This document shows, one piece after another, positions 50,320-62,289 of a DNA stretch of 64,000 nt. The notes below the pieces were generated by a model. The model was not told the origin of the DNA. It saw only the letters and a program-made list of their open reading frames with translations, and made no database searches. The DNA lies in contig MU054662.1 in assembly GCA_013239625.1 (NCBI GenBank), forward strand, positions 11,025,798 through 11,089,797, in the 5' to 3' direction. Source of the stretch: Lama guanicoe (taxonomy: Eukaryota). The translations under genes were made by a program, and so were the position numbers. Each line of letters begins with the position of its first letter. Position 1 is the stretch's first letter.

Positions 50320-51320
50320 TTTATACCTGAAGACAAAGGAGTAACACATTTAAGATACTTAAGGAAAGAAAGTATGAGTCAAGGATTTCACATCCAGTCA
50401 AGCACACTTTTACACATAAAGGCTTCAGACAAACTGCGATCAACATGCAAGAACGCAGGGAATATGCCGGTGGCCTCCCTGAGGAATCTGCTCGAGGATG
50501 AGCTTTGAAGACAAAATGACTAGAGAACCTCTGACACCAGGTGTGTCCTCCATGAGGCAACAAAACGTCCAGGATTCTGCTTCCTTCGTAGCAGATGTCC
50601 GGAGGGGCAAAGCCGCTGGCAAACGTCTGATTCACACCGGTGTGTTCCTGGTCTCGGAAGTGCGGCTCCTGAGTTACGGCTGACTTTGTTTTCCTCCAGC
50701 GCCACAAAGCGGCTTTGTTCCTTCTAAATCCAAGTTTCATAGTTGTTTTCAGTGAAACAGTTGCTCCGACAGACCATACGTCATTACACTAGACAAAAAA
50801 GTATCGTCCGAATTTGCACTGGAAACACGAGTATGAACTGTGATGTATTTTCTCTTTAAATAGCTCTGTCCACCAGAAAGCTCTCAAAACAACGGCCAAC
50901 TCAGTATTAAAGTTTCACTTTTTTTAAACTTATTTTTTTAATGTTTTAAAATTTTTATTTATTTAGTGGGGGGGTGTGATTAGATTTATCGATGTATTTA
51001 TCTAATGGAGCTACTGGGGACTGAACCCAGGACCTCGTGCATGCTGAGCACGCGCTCTGCCTCTGTGCTACTTTCCACCCCAATAAACCCATATATTCTT
51101 AATGAAACAAGCAAATTTTTAAAAAATCTTACTGGTGCACTTGGAGGATGCTAGTGAACCAAATCATTATTTGGAACACTGGCAAATAAAGGTGAAGTAC
51201 CAAGCACTTATCTTGCCTTCCTCACAATAACTGTGCCTCAAATTAACCCAAGAGTCAACTAGGGGGAGAATCTCTTACAGAATTATTAAGACCAATAAAT
51301 AAAGAAGGAATGATAAAATC
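50320..51320. mobile_element. Mosaic of old L1/HAL1-like fragments
   Basis: ORF1-like gaaagtatgagtcaaggatttcacatccag (+), L1 5'-like ctgaaaacaacta (-), and L1MC/MD-like 3' pieces. Confidence 0.5.
50918..51081 (-). mobile_element. Second, more diverged Vic-1-like SINE
   Basis: Reverse complement ...GAGCGCGTGCTCAGCATGCACGAGGTCCTGGGTTCAGTCCCCAGTAGCTCCATTAG plus C-rich and A-rich tail. Confidence 0.82.
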
Positions 51321-52879
51321 AGAAAGGTGCTGTGGCCAAGAGCAGTGAGGGCCTCCACCCAAATGCTCCTAAAACACTCCAGGCTTCCAGAAAGACAGAA
51401 TCCACCGTGTCTGAGTGACTTCGAGCCATGAGGGAGCCCTGAGCACTGCAAGGCCTGCACGTGGCCTTGACCTCTCCCTCGGGCATCTGAAGCTAAATAA
51501 TTGCTTCCAGAGTATTGAGCGGACCGGAGAGCTCGGTGTGGCAGAAAGAGCACAGGATTTGGTTGAACCTTAGCTTTGAATTTGTCTCTGACCCAACCAC
51601 GTGCCTTCTCCCTCCTGTTTCAGGGGCCTCTGTTTTCCCTTTCAATGGCTCACGTGCCTCAGGAAGAGGGGCCGCGTGTGCGCCGGCCTGCGAGCGCCCC
51701 AGTGCAGACGCAGCTGGAGCGGGAACGGGGGTAGTCGGGAGGGCTTCCTTCAGGGGGTGAGTCTTACCGAGGACGCTCACCCCGGATACCACAGACATGC
51801 CAAGGCTCCCCCGGGGGCCGCCAGCACGTCCCCAGCCACCTGGCGGCCCTCACGGAAGCCTCTGCCTCCTCTGGGCTTGGCCTCCTTGGCCCCCACCTCA
51901 GGCCTTTGGGGAGAGGCTGACATTCACTAACAAAGGGGTTCTTTGAGAAGCCTGGGAGCTCAGAAAGAAAAACACGAGCCTGACTCCCCACCTGCCTGCT
52001 TGGCTGCTGTGTAAGAGCTGGGGTGGGGCTTGGGGGGGAGGCCAGGCAGAGTGGCTCACAGCGGCCGTCAGTCCCTCTCCCACTGGTTCTCCCTGGGACC
52101 AGACAAAGGAGGGACAGAGAGTGGGAAGAGGGCGGAGGCCACAAACAAAAACTAATTAACACTGTCTATTTTTCTTTCTCTTTCTAAAGGTAATCTCTTA
52201 ATCCTAAGAGCTGGGACCGTGTGCTCCCTTGTCTATCACCAGAAAGGGGAGGGTCAGGAGGAAGCCATGGTGTGCAAGGCCTCACCTGTTAGACTTTTCT
52301 CAATGGCTCTTTGTGTGGCAACCTCCTGTGAAGGGCAGGAGGCCTTCTAGGCTCTGACAACCGTGGCCAAGGAGGGCCACCACCAGGAAAGCCGTGACGT
52401 GGACAGACTGGGAACTGCAGGGAAACCGGCAGGTCAGGACTTGAGTCACCAAGGGAAAAGGAGGGAGTGCAGTTGCTCCTCAGCTGTTATCCAGATAATA
52501 TCCTCCACTCCATCGGCAGGTTTCTCCCCATGTCCCATCACGCTCCACCCTCTCTCTGCCTCCACCCCATCACCACTGCAGAGATAAAGAAACCAGAGGC
52601 CCTAAAACTAGCAGTTTCTTTTTGAGGTCTTTTTGTCCAGGCTTCTCCACAATGAGGACAGGAAAGCCTTCACTGTCCTGGTCTCCATCATTTGGAACTG
52701 GGGAGAAGGAAGAAGAAAAGAGATGACTGGAAAGGAAACAGGAAAAGTAATTTGGAACCAGTTGGAAACTGGGAAACTACTCATATTCTTTACGTAAGTA
52801 AACGGACCACCACTCATTCAGTTGGTTCAGCCAGACGCTGGGCGTCACTGATCACGTCACTGATCCCTTTCCCTCATGC

Positions 52880-53300
52880 CCCCTGAGTCCACGGCGAAGG
52901 GTCCAGGCCACTGCGGCCTCCTGCCTGGGCTGCTGTGATGGTCTTAACTGATCTCTTGCTCTAACACATTGATGTTCTTCAACTTCACTTGCAGATCACA
53001 ACCAGAATTTCCTTTCTACTGCACAACTTGAGCATGTTTCTTCCCTGCTTCAATGGCTCCCTGTTGCTCTTAGACTGATTTGCAAACTCCTGAGCACAGC
53101 ATTCAAGGTTCTCCAGGATCATCAGGCCGCTGCTTCTCCCATGTTCCCCCAGCAGGCAAAGCCCATCCTGAGCCAGCGTGACATGAGGGACGTGGTACAT
53201 TCTGCCTGGGCCGTCCCTTTCCCTACTCTGGCTGACTCTCAGCTGTCCTTTGGGTCTCAGGTGGGTTGTCCTTTCTTCTGGGCACTCCCCTGACCCTCCT
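52880..53300 (+). mobile_element. L2 fragment
   Basis: ctgcttcaatggctccctgttgctcttaga...gcattcaaggttctccaggatc. Confidence 0.55.
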
Positions 53301-53591
53301 GTACTGGGTTGGGCACCTCTCCAGTGGCCCCCCATGATCTCTACTTGCTTCCATGGTGGGAACTACCCCACTGCCCACAACTGTCTTCTGGATCAGGCTG
53401 CAGGCTCTTTGGAGGGGCTTGCGGAGGTAGAGCGGAAAGGCCTTCTCCATGTTTTTAATTTGCATGAATTCAACTGTAAGACCACGTTAAAGAGAGAGAA
53501 AGAATGAGGGAGGGATGGCTGAGAGGCGAAACTGAGGCTATTAACTAGGTACTTATATAACCATTTAAGACGTAAACATTTAAAACTATAA

Positions 53592-54192
53592 GATTCGTGC
53601 ACCCCCATGTTCACAGCAGCACCATATACAACAGCCAGGACATGCAAGCAACCTACACGTCCCTCACAGAGGGCTGGACAAAGAAGCTGTGGTGCATTTA
53701 TACAATGGAGCACTACTCAGCCATAAAGAAGAAGAAAATAATGCCATTTGCAGCAACATGGATGAACTTGGAGATTGTCATACTAAAGTGAAGTAAGTCA
53801 GAAAGGGTAAGATTAATATCATATGCTATCACTTAAATGTGGAAACTAAAAAAATGACCCAAATGGACTTATTTACAAAACAGAAACAGACTTACTGACA
53901 TGGAAAAGAAACTTATGGTTACTGGAGGAAAAGGGGGAGGGGAGGGATAAATTGGCAGTTTGGGATTAGCAGATACACACTACTATATATAAAATAGATA
54001 AACAACAAGGTCCTACTGTACAGCACGGGGAGCTATATTCAATACCTTGTGATAACCTATAATGAAAAGAGTATGAAAAGGAATATATATATATATATAT
54101 GTATATATAATTGAAACACTGTGCTGTACACCAGAAATTGACACATCGCAAACTGACTGTACTTCAATAAAAAAAATAAATTAAAAAAAAAG
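53592..54192 (+). mobile_element. 5'-truncated L1 (artiodactyl/camelid-type) 3' end with internal (TA)n
   Basis: atgccatttgcagcaacatggatgaacttggag, acaacaaggtcctactgtacagcac, gctgtacaccagaaattgacac, poly-A tail. Confidence 0.93.
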
Positions 54193-56974
54193 CATAAAGG
54201 AGGGAACAATGGAGAATTGCTGTTCCACTGGCACAAGCAGTCCTGAGTGATTTCCACTGAGCGGCAATCAGCCTACATGTGCCCCCCACACAGCATCTTG
54301 GCGAGACAAATGCAGATCCCTGCTTCAAGGTTCTGTTTGTTTGTTTTTGTTTTGTTTTACAGCACATGGTCACTAGACATAACCCATGGGCATCATCTAG
54401 CGAGGAAGCAGCAATAGGTCCCAACACAGGAGGCGGCGCTGGGGACCTTGGACTTACAGAGACACTGCCTTCCATTCCCTAATACAGTAGTGAATCCTTA
54501 AGGGATTTCCAAGGCTGATCGATGCTATATTTAATTTTTGCATTTCGTGTGACTTTAGAATGAACACCCCTGAAAAATACAACTCCCCTTGATCAGCCAA
54601 GCTTGCCCCCCTTCTCCTGGCAAACACATCCTCATCCCATCTGTACGGCTATTCCAGGAGCTGTCATGTTCTCACCTGACCCAGCGAGGACAAGTGTCTT
54701 CTCCTCCAAGACTATATTAATAGTATTAATATATTATTCTCCAAGATTATTATTAATGCAATTATCTTCTTCAAGACTTAACAATAATTGAGATCCAGAT
54801 AATTAAAGCTGTATCCTCTCTCGCAGGTGAAGCTGTAGGATGAAATACTAAAGGGGCATGTTTTTCAGCACATGGCAAAAGCTAGTCCACTGAAAGGAGC
54901 AGACGAGATGGAGAGGGAAGTGACTGAAAACGGCAGAGGCTGGTTCAGCAGCTGTGTGCTTCCTATCACTGGACGGTCATTCGCGAAGTCTGCTGGTGGA
55001 GGGGTTACTACTAGTTGGCTGTATACCTTCTTGGTGCTGATGCTGGGCATATGAGGAAGGACGGCTGCCCTGGTGAGCTTTAAGCCAGAGTCTGTGTGAC
55101 TCCAGGGGGTGTGAGAACAGGTGTGGGGCAGTTAAGCAGGAGGGACGGGGAGGAGAGGGAAAGGAAGAACGGTGGGTGAGGGTGGGAGAAGAGTGAGTTC
55201 GCTGTGGCAGAGATGAGGTAGAGTGAATTAAGACACAAATATTTAGCCAAAGATCTAACCTAGGCTGGACAGTTAGGAAATGGAAGAAACGTGCCAAAGA
55301 GCGGCTAATGACCCCACAGCTATGCAGCTGCCAAAGTGGCAGAGCCCAGATCTGCTGCCATCTGTGTGACTCCAAGGTCCACGCTTATCAGTCACCTGGT
55401 CTCCTCCCTTCTTACAACAGATGAAGACAGTGAGGCTTGGAGAAATGACGTGACTTGCCCAAGGACACCAAGATACTCCCGCAAAACCAAGCCAAGAACC
55501 ACCAAAACCCAGTCAAATCCTCCTTCCAGGCCATTTGTGGCCTCCTGTGACAGCCAAAGAGGAGGAGGGAGGAGTTACTGAATCCCTGCAAGGCCCTGAA
55601 AAAGCCTCTTCCCTCACCGGGGCCCGTCACCTCCTCAGTGAACTAGGGAGGATACTGACAAGGTGTCACGGGCAGCGAGAGACTCCTGGGAAACACAACC
55701 CCCTGACGAGGAGAGTCCGAGCAACTGCTTGCTTGTCGACTTAGCAGGGCAGGGCAGGATTAACTTGATCTCAAAGGATCAGGGTGAAAACAAAGGTGTA
55801 ATTGTTATTACAATAATGATAATCACTTATTAATCTGCAGATCCAGATGTTACCCCGCCCTCGAGTGGCTCACCTGTTATGATTGGGGATAAGCCAGCGG
55901 TGAGGTGGGGACGGGAAGGAGGAGTAACTGCCCAGCGAGGGACAGAAGGTAGAAAAACAAACTGGAGAAAGCAAGCACGCTCGTGTGGAAGGCTGGCGAG
56001 AGTCTGACAGGCCGGAAACTTTACAGTAAGTCGTACACTATTTCCACTGGGGAGATTTTTCAGTGGAGCCCAAATTTCTCATTTTTCTTATTAGGAACTA
56101 AAGACAAGGATGTTAAGTGAACTGCCTACGATCACCTAGCTTGTCAGTGACAGAACGTGAACTAGAACTTGGGTCCTTTGACACTTAGTTCAGTGCTGGT
56201 CCAGTAAGAGCCCACATGGGTCCTGGAGAATGCAGCATGTGGAGGTGAGAAAGACTGGACGAAAAGGCGTTAGGATGCTGGGCAAAGGGGCTAGTCCCCC
56301 AGGATCAAATGCCCATCTTTGTGTTCCATCGACGTCCCTCCCCCAGTGCATTTCACAAAGTGCAAGGGGGCCCAAGTGTGAGAATAGCCCTCAAACTCCA
56401 AATGTGAGGCTGCTCCAGGCCAAGCTGGCCTACCAGAGTGGCCGAGAAACCGCTGGCCCTCAGGGAGATGACGTGGCGTTGCCACTGCAGCGTCTTCACT
56501 TCTCCAGAAGTGAGAATCCACATAACGCAGGACGAAAACAAAAGATGTCAAGAGCAAATGCCTTCTAGTAACTGTTTTCCGCCCTGGAGTCAAACAGCAT
56601 CAGGTCCCCCCTCTACATGTTCTCCCGGTAACTCGCGCCTCTTCTTCGCAGCACCTACCACCACAGGGGTTTTACCGGGAGCTACGTGATGAGTGACTAC
56701 CTGCCTCCCTTGCTAGATGGCAACGCGGTCAGGGCAGGCAAGCCCCCCGGTTCTGTCACCACTCTGTCTTTGATTCCTGGCATGGAGTTTCACTATAGGG
56801 AACAGACAAGATGCGCCACCCAGACCCCTCTCAAGGGGAACACAGACAGCAGACAGCAGACAGCCTCCAGCAGTCAGCAACTTCAGGGTCCACCTCGGCT
56901 GCCGAGAGCAGCGACTCTGAAGGTCATACCTTTCGCAGGGGGCGGTCCACATTTGGTGACTGAGTGAAACAGGA

Positions 56975-57400
56975 GGTGGTGGACTGAATGGTGGCCCCCA
57001 AAAGATGCCCTAACCCCCCAGAACTTGTGAATGAGACCTTATTTGGAAATAAGGATGTAATTAAGTTAAGGATTTTGAAATGAAGTCATTTTGGATTTAG
57101 AGTGGGCCTTAAATCCAGTGACAGATGTCCTTACAAGAAAAAGGCAGAGAAAGACTTGAGATTGAGACACAGAGAAGCCCCACGAAGACAGAGGCAGAGG
57201 CTGGCGTGATGCAGCCACAAGTCAGGGAACATCTGGCGCCTCCAGAAGATGAAGGAGGCGAGGAAGGGTGCTCCCCCCGCAGCGCTGGGGAGGGGGCACG
57301 GCCCTGCTGACGCCTTGCTGTCGGACTTGTGGCCTCCTGAACTGAGGGAATAAATTCTGTTGCTGTCACTGGCCACAGCACCCCTAGGAAATGAAGACAC
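56975..57400 (+). mobile_element. MLT1 (MaLR) solo LTR
   Basis: ctgaatggtggcccccaaaagat...ccttatttggaaataagg...gatgcagccacaag...ggcctcctgaactgagggaataaattctgttg. Confidence 0.9.
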
Positions 57401-57850
57401 AGGGGCATAAAGGGCTCCATCTGGGCCACTGTCGCATGGCTACTGAGGGGCTCCCGCTGCAGAGTTCTCCGCTGGCGCCTGAGGTTCTGTCGGGCCTGAA
57501 TCACGTTCAACTTTTCTTTCTTCCTCCTCTAGCAGAGTTCGGTCCCTACTAAACATCGCACACTCCAAACTCTGCCTCACGGACTGCTTCCAGAGAACCC
57601 AGCATGACATACTATAATAAAACATCTGTTAAATAAATAAATTACGTAGACAGTTCCTGGAAGGCAAGAACTGTGTCTTATTTATGTTTATGCGTTAAAG
57701 CCCAGCACAGGGTCTCACACATGATACATGTTCAGTAACAATTTCTTAAGTGAAAGAAAGAATGCGTTAACACATAAATAGATCAAACTGAACCTACAGA
57801 GTTGAATTTTGGCAAAATACTTTTGTGTATTTCTTGCGAGCCTACCCTGA

Positions 57851-57905
57851 GGAAGGAAGAACAGAAAGAAAGAAGGAAGGAAGGAAGGAAGGAAGGAGGG
57901 AGAGG
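57851..57905. repeat. (GGAA/GAAA)n polypurine tract
   Basis: Seen directly. Confidence 0.85.
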
Positions 57906-58814
57906 ACTCGGGGTGGCTTGCTGTGTCAGGAACTCGGCTAAGCACTGCCTTCAGGCCCCTATGAGGCTGGGGGCGCAGAGGACACCAGCTCCACAAAGCC
58001 GGCTTTCCCTCGGGGGCAGCACTTCTGTTCTTGCAGAGCTGAGACCCTCCCTGTCGGCATGCAGAAATGACCTCCCACCCGGTCCCCAGCCATTCTGACA
58101 CAAATCCTTACGGATAAGCATTTTTAGTGCAAAGAGCAGAAATAAAACAGAAGGGACGTGTTCAGACAAGGCAGCGGAATGCAGGTGAAGGGGAGAGAAG
58201 TGCCACTGTTCTCAGCAGCTGAGAAGTCTCTGCGGAGGCGACGCGACCTCGGAACGCCTCTCCCCGCCGCGTGTCTCAGGGGAACGAGGCCTCGGAGGTC
58301 GCCCGCTGCAGCGTCTTCTTCTACTGGTGGAGAAACTGCAGCTCAGGGACAGCGAGGGACTTGCTCAAGGTCCTGCTGCCAGGTGTGCGGCACAACGAGG
58401 CCAGAACCTCAGAGTCCTTCCCCACAAATCTGAGCGGGGCAGCAGGAAGGAAGGACTGAAGGGGCGGGAGGAAGTGGGGGACGAGGGGGCGCTGGCACAG
58501 TGAACAGGTTTCAACGTACGCAGCGGGAAGGAAGTCGCCAGGCTCAGCCAGGTGCTGTGGGCAGACGGGACCACTCACTCCCTGTAACAGCTGGGAGAGG
58601 CCAAGTCTGCTGTCTTCACTCAGCATCTGGGATGGTGAACTCGGGTGCGTCTCCCAAGTAAACGGCAGAGCCAGGATTCAGGCTCGTCTGTCTGACTCCA
58701 AAAACCATACTTTTCCAGGACAGCATGTTACAAGGGAGAAGGGTGAGAATAAAGTGTAAAGTCAAATGATGGACAGACGGGGAAAGTTTAAGGGAAAAGA
58801 AGTATTGGTTTTGG

Positions 58815-58935
58815 AACTACAGTGGAAGGAGTCCCGTTTAGCAGTCAGGAAGTCTGAGCTCCCATCTTCGTGAGGCTGAATAATCATTACGTTTCTCTGG
58901 CCTCGGTTTCCGCATTTGTAAATGGCTACACGGGT
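58815..58935 (+). mobile_element. MIR fragment
   Basis: acagtggaaggagt...gtcaggaagtctgagc...ctctggcctcggtttccgcatttgtaaatgg. Confidence 0.65.
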
Positions 58936-59344
58936 CCCAGGTGCAACCATGATTTTATCACAGACTTCACGTGCGGCTAAGTGGGAAAGCCTTGGTCTCT
59001 CCTGCCTCAAACTGTCCTCACACATCATTCATCGTTATTTGCAACACCATTCTCCACGAGAGGACACTGGCAATCCAGCCTCATCAGGACCTTATCTGCC
59101 AACGACAACTACGTTATAGGACATTACTGGCAGCCCAGAACCCACCCTGGGCCGTTTCAGAGTCTTCCTCCCTCTCTAAAGGTGTCTTGACTTTGACCAC
59201 CATTAACTGGCTTTGCCTGTTGGTAGGTAGCTGGTTTTTGTTCCCCTCACTGGCTTGCTTTCTATACTGGGTCCTTGGAAAATCTGGGGCAGGGGTGTGT
59301 GTGTCTCATTGACTCAGGGCTCTTGCTTTCCTGTTTCTTTTTTC

Positions 59345-59780
59345 TGAACAAGTCAGTACTAAAGCCATCAAGAGGGCTGAGCAGGGTCAGGCATCCATGC
59401 AGGGGCGTGGGGCAGGCATGAGGGAGCCGCAGTGGCCCAGAGCAGTCAGGCTGAGCAGGATAAGGAGGTGTCCATGTGGGGAAGGGGTGACCCAGCACAG
59501 GCTGCCCGAGTCCGAGGTGGGTAAGGACACCTGCACAGGAGGGGAAGCAGGGGCCGCACCTGGAGGCTGGCTGGATGCAGCGGGACTGGCCAAATAAGCA
59601 AATATATTAAGTACAACAGGAATGAGTTTTTCACTGTTGTAGAAGGCAGTTACAAACAAGGGAAGGGAGAAAAACAGAATAAACCCTGTGGTGTCAGCCT
59701 GAAATGGAAGTACGGGTATGAATTCATTGGTTTTGGAACTACAGTGGAAGGAGTACAGATAGATTTAGAAATAAAAGGTC
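59345..59780 (+). mobile_element. L1MC/MD-like 3' fragment
   Basis: gccaaataagcaaatatattaag...cagttacaaacaagggaagggagaaaaacagaataaaccctgtggtg. Confidence 0.7.
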
Positions 59781-61207
59781 CCTTCTCTGACCCAGAGAGC
59801 TTTTGTCAGGATAGAGAAATAAACACAGATACAGAAAGTTAACAAAAGTTATCTGTCCTGTGCCTCTGTTGCCTGTCTTTCTAGAGTTGTCTGTGATAAT
59901 AACAATGCCATTATTATCAACAGTAACAGTCACATTTATTGAGCATTTCCTCTCTCTCAGGCACAGGACTAAAGGCTGTAATCTGCCCAAGGCCACACAC
60001 CTGACCAGCCGCGGAGCCGAGGAGAGTAGACAGCTTTGCCACGGTGACGCTGCACTGGGCTGGCTGCTTTATGTGGAGCAAGGCTGGGATGGAGATTTTG
60101 GACAAAGCACAGGTGAGCAGGCAGGGGTGCCAAGTCACAGACGGAGGAAGCCGACAGAAAGGGGAGCTTTCTCTGTGGGACCTGATTCCCCACTAGCTAA
60201 GCTGATGGCTTTTGCATTTTCTTGCCATGAGGTTCTCCAGTAACGAGACAAATTACTATGTCAGCCCTCCCTTTGCCAGCAGACAAAGATGCCAACCCTG
60301 CCAGACGGTCTCCTGCAGCTTTCCTTGCTGCTCCAGGCCAGACGCAGGCTGTCCCGTGAGCAGGAGCCACAAGCTGAGCTGGACTCCCAGTGTGGGGCCT
60401 CGGCGGGACCTCAGAGTGGCCTCCAGCGGGGTGACTGGGTGTCAGAGAAAGTAAGCAGACTGAATGGCGCGCCCTCGCCTCATCTGCTCTTCCCTCTCCT
60501 CCTGGACCTTACAGACTTCATTGAACTGTCTCCAGGCTGAACGCAGGGACCCCGCCTTACGCCCAAGGCCCAGTGCCAGCAGCTCCTGTTCCCGCACGGA
60601 CAGCATCCTCCCTCGCCTCTGCACGTCTGCCTTCCCCTTCCTCAACTCCATCCTCCATCGAGTCTGCTGCTCAGGGAAGCCCTCCCTTAATTCTCTAACA
60701 ATTTCCTCTGGCACAGAGTCCGAAAGAGGCTGAACTTCACACTTTAGATCCAGACCAATGGCTCCACGTGTGCAGGGCTGAGTGAGCGCCTAACCAGGGC
60801 AGCGGGTGCTGGCGACCAAGACAGGAAGGGAGACGTGGGCCAGCCTCACGGAGGTGACGAGAGCAGGGAACACAAAGTAAACAAAGAATTCCAAGTAGGA
60901 GAGTCAAGACGGGGAAGCGAGGAGCATGTGAGCGCAGACAACAAAGGAACTTATCCAAATCAAAGGATTCGGGGAAAGCCTGCCAGATGCTTAATTTTCT
61001 TACTCTTTAGTCACTTTGTGCTTGGAAGTCTAGTCTTCTCAACACACTGCATGTGCTTCAAGACCAAGAGCCACACCTGACTTAGCGCCAACGTCCTTAA
61101 TAGCTGTTAGTCCACGAGAAACCAACAGAAAACACTGGCTTGCCTGAACACCGCGAAGGTGAGCGGTGTGCACGGGGGCCACCGTGCAGCCGCCTTGCAA
61201 CTCAAAA

Positions 61208-61770
61208 TGTTGCGGAAAAACATGTGACAGCTGGGTGTTACAGCTCACTGGGTCCGGGCGACAGACCAAACAGCACTCGCAGACTTACAGAACTCAGCTT
61301 TATTACCCCACCGAGCCTAAACAAGTCCACACTTCAAGCTTCGGACCCCATCTGTAGGCTTACACAGGCCTTTTATAGGCTGCCAGTTTTACACTTTGCA
61401 ACATCATATGCAAATAAGGTACAACAGAAGTTGACCAACTAGGAACAAGCTTTGTAGAAATAGACCAATCAGGAGTCAGCTCTATGCAAATGAAGTACTA
61501 CAAATGGACCAATCAGAAGTTAGGGAAGTAGGCCAATCAGAAGTGAGAGTAATAACCAATCAGAAGTGAGAGTAATAGCCAATCAGGAGTGAAGGAAATA
61601 ACCATTCAGAAGTGAGCTCAGGGAACCAATAGAATTCTAGGTGTAAGTTAGCCGCTTTAGAGGCAAAAAGTGAGATAGAGCCTCTGGGCCAGGGAACCGA
61701 CGGTTCTAAGAGGAGAGCAGCAGCCCTGCCCAGGGGTCCTGCCGGTCTTTTTGTGGGGCTTCCCGCCTCA
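61208..61770 (-). mobile_element. ERV1-type solo LTR, same family as 3454-3985
   Basis: TG...CA termini; minus-strand TATAAAA (61371-77) and AATAAA (61299-304); CCAAT tandem array. Flanks aaaa/acaa fit a 4-bp TSD with one mismatch. Confidence 0.85.
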
Positions 61771-62289
61771 ACAAGGAAGAAAATATTTTTATATTCTGCA
61801 TAAATTTTGCTGCCCCAGGTCCTCTGCCTCACTTCCTACCTTAGTTTCCTCTCTTTGCGCCGCCCTGGCATTGGCCTAGGAGGAGGCCCAACCCCAAATA
61901 AAAAGCAAACGTGGACCCTGCACAAACCCGCGTGCAGGTCACCAACAGAAAAGTTCAAGGACTCCGAATCCAGCAGCCTGAGCTGAAGGCAGAAATGCTG
62001 ACTTTCTTCCTGAAAAGCCCACTATCAATTCACTTTAACAAAATTACTCTCATTCAGCGTTAGTGACAATTACACTTGTGCTCAGAAGCATGTACGCACT
62101 GGGACGGTACGTGGGTAGCTGGGGTGCAGTCAGCCCGTCGGGGAGCTTACAGTCAGGAAGGGATCCAGTCAGAGATGATGACAATAATGACAGTCTCCAG
62201 CAAGTGGACTACCCCGGTGCCAGGTGCCGAGGGCCCTGTGCCTGTCAGCTTCCCTGTCACCCCATCCTCCCGGCGAGGTTTCAGTGTTC

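Noticed and set aside
50560-50800. Possible processed pseudogene on the minus strand
   Set aside because: No recognisable protein in any frame; it resembles an old L1 5' region.
61505-61630. CRISPR-like regularly spaced repeats
   Set aside because: Eukaryotic LTR U3 tandem repeats with no unique spacers and no cas genes.
3454-61770. The two LTRs as ends of one provirus or an NAHR substrate around BARX2
   Set aside because: They are 57 kb apart, visibly diverged with indels, have different flanks, and have no gag/pol/env between them. They are independent solo LTRs.
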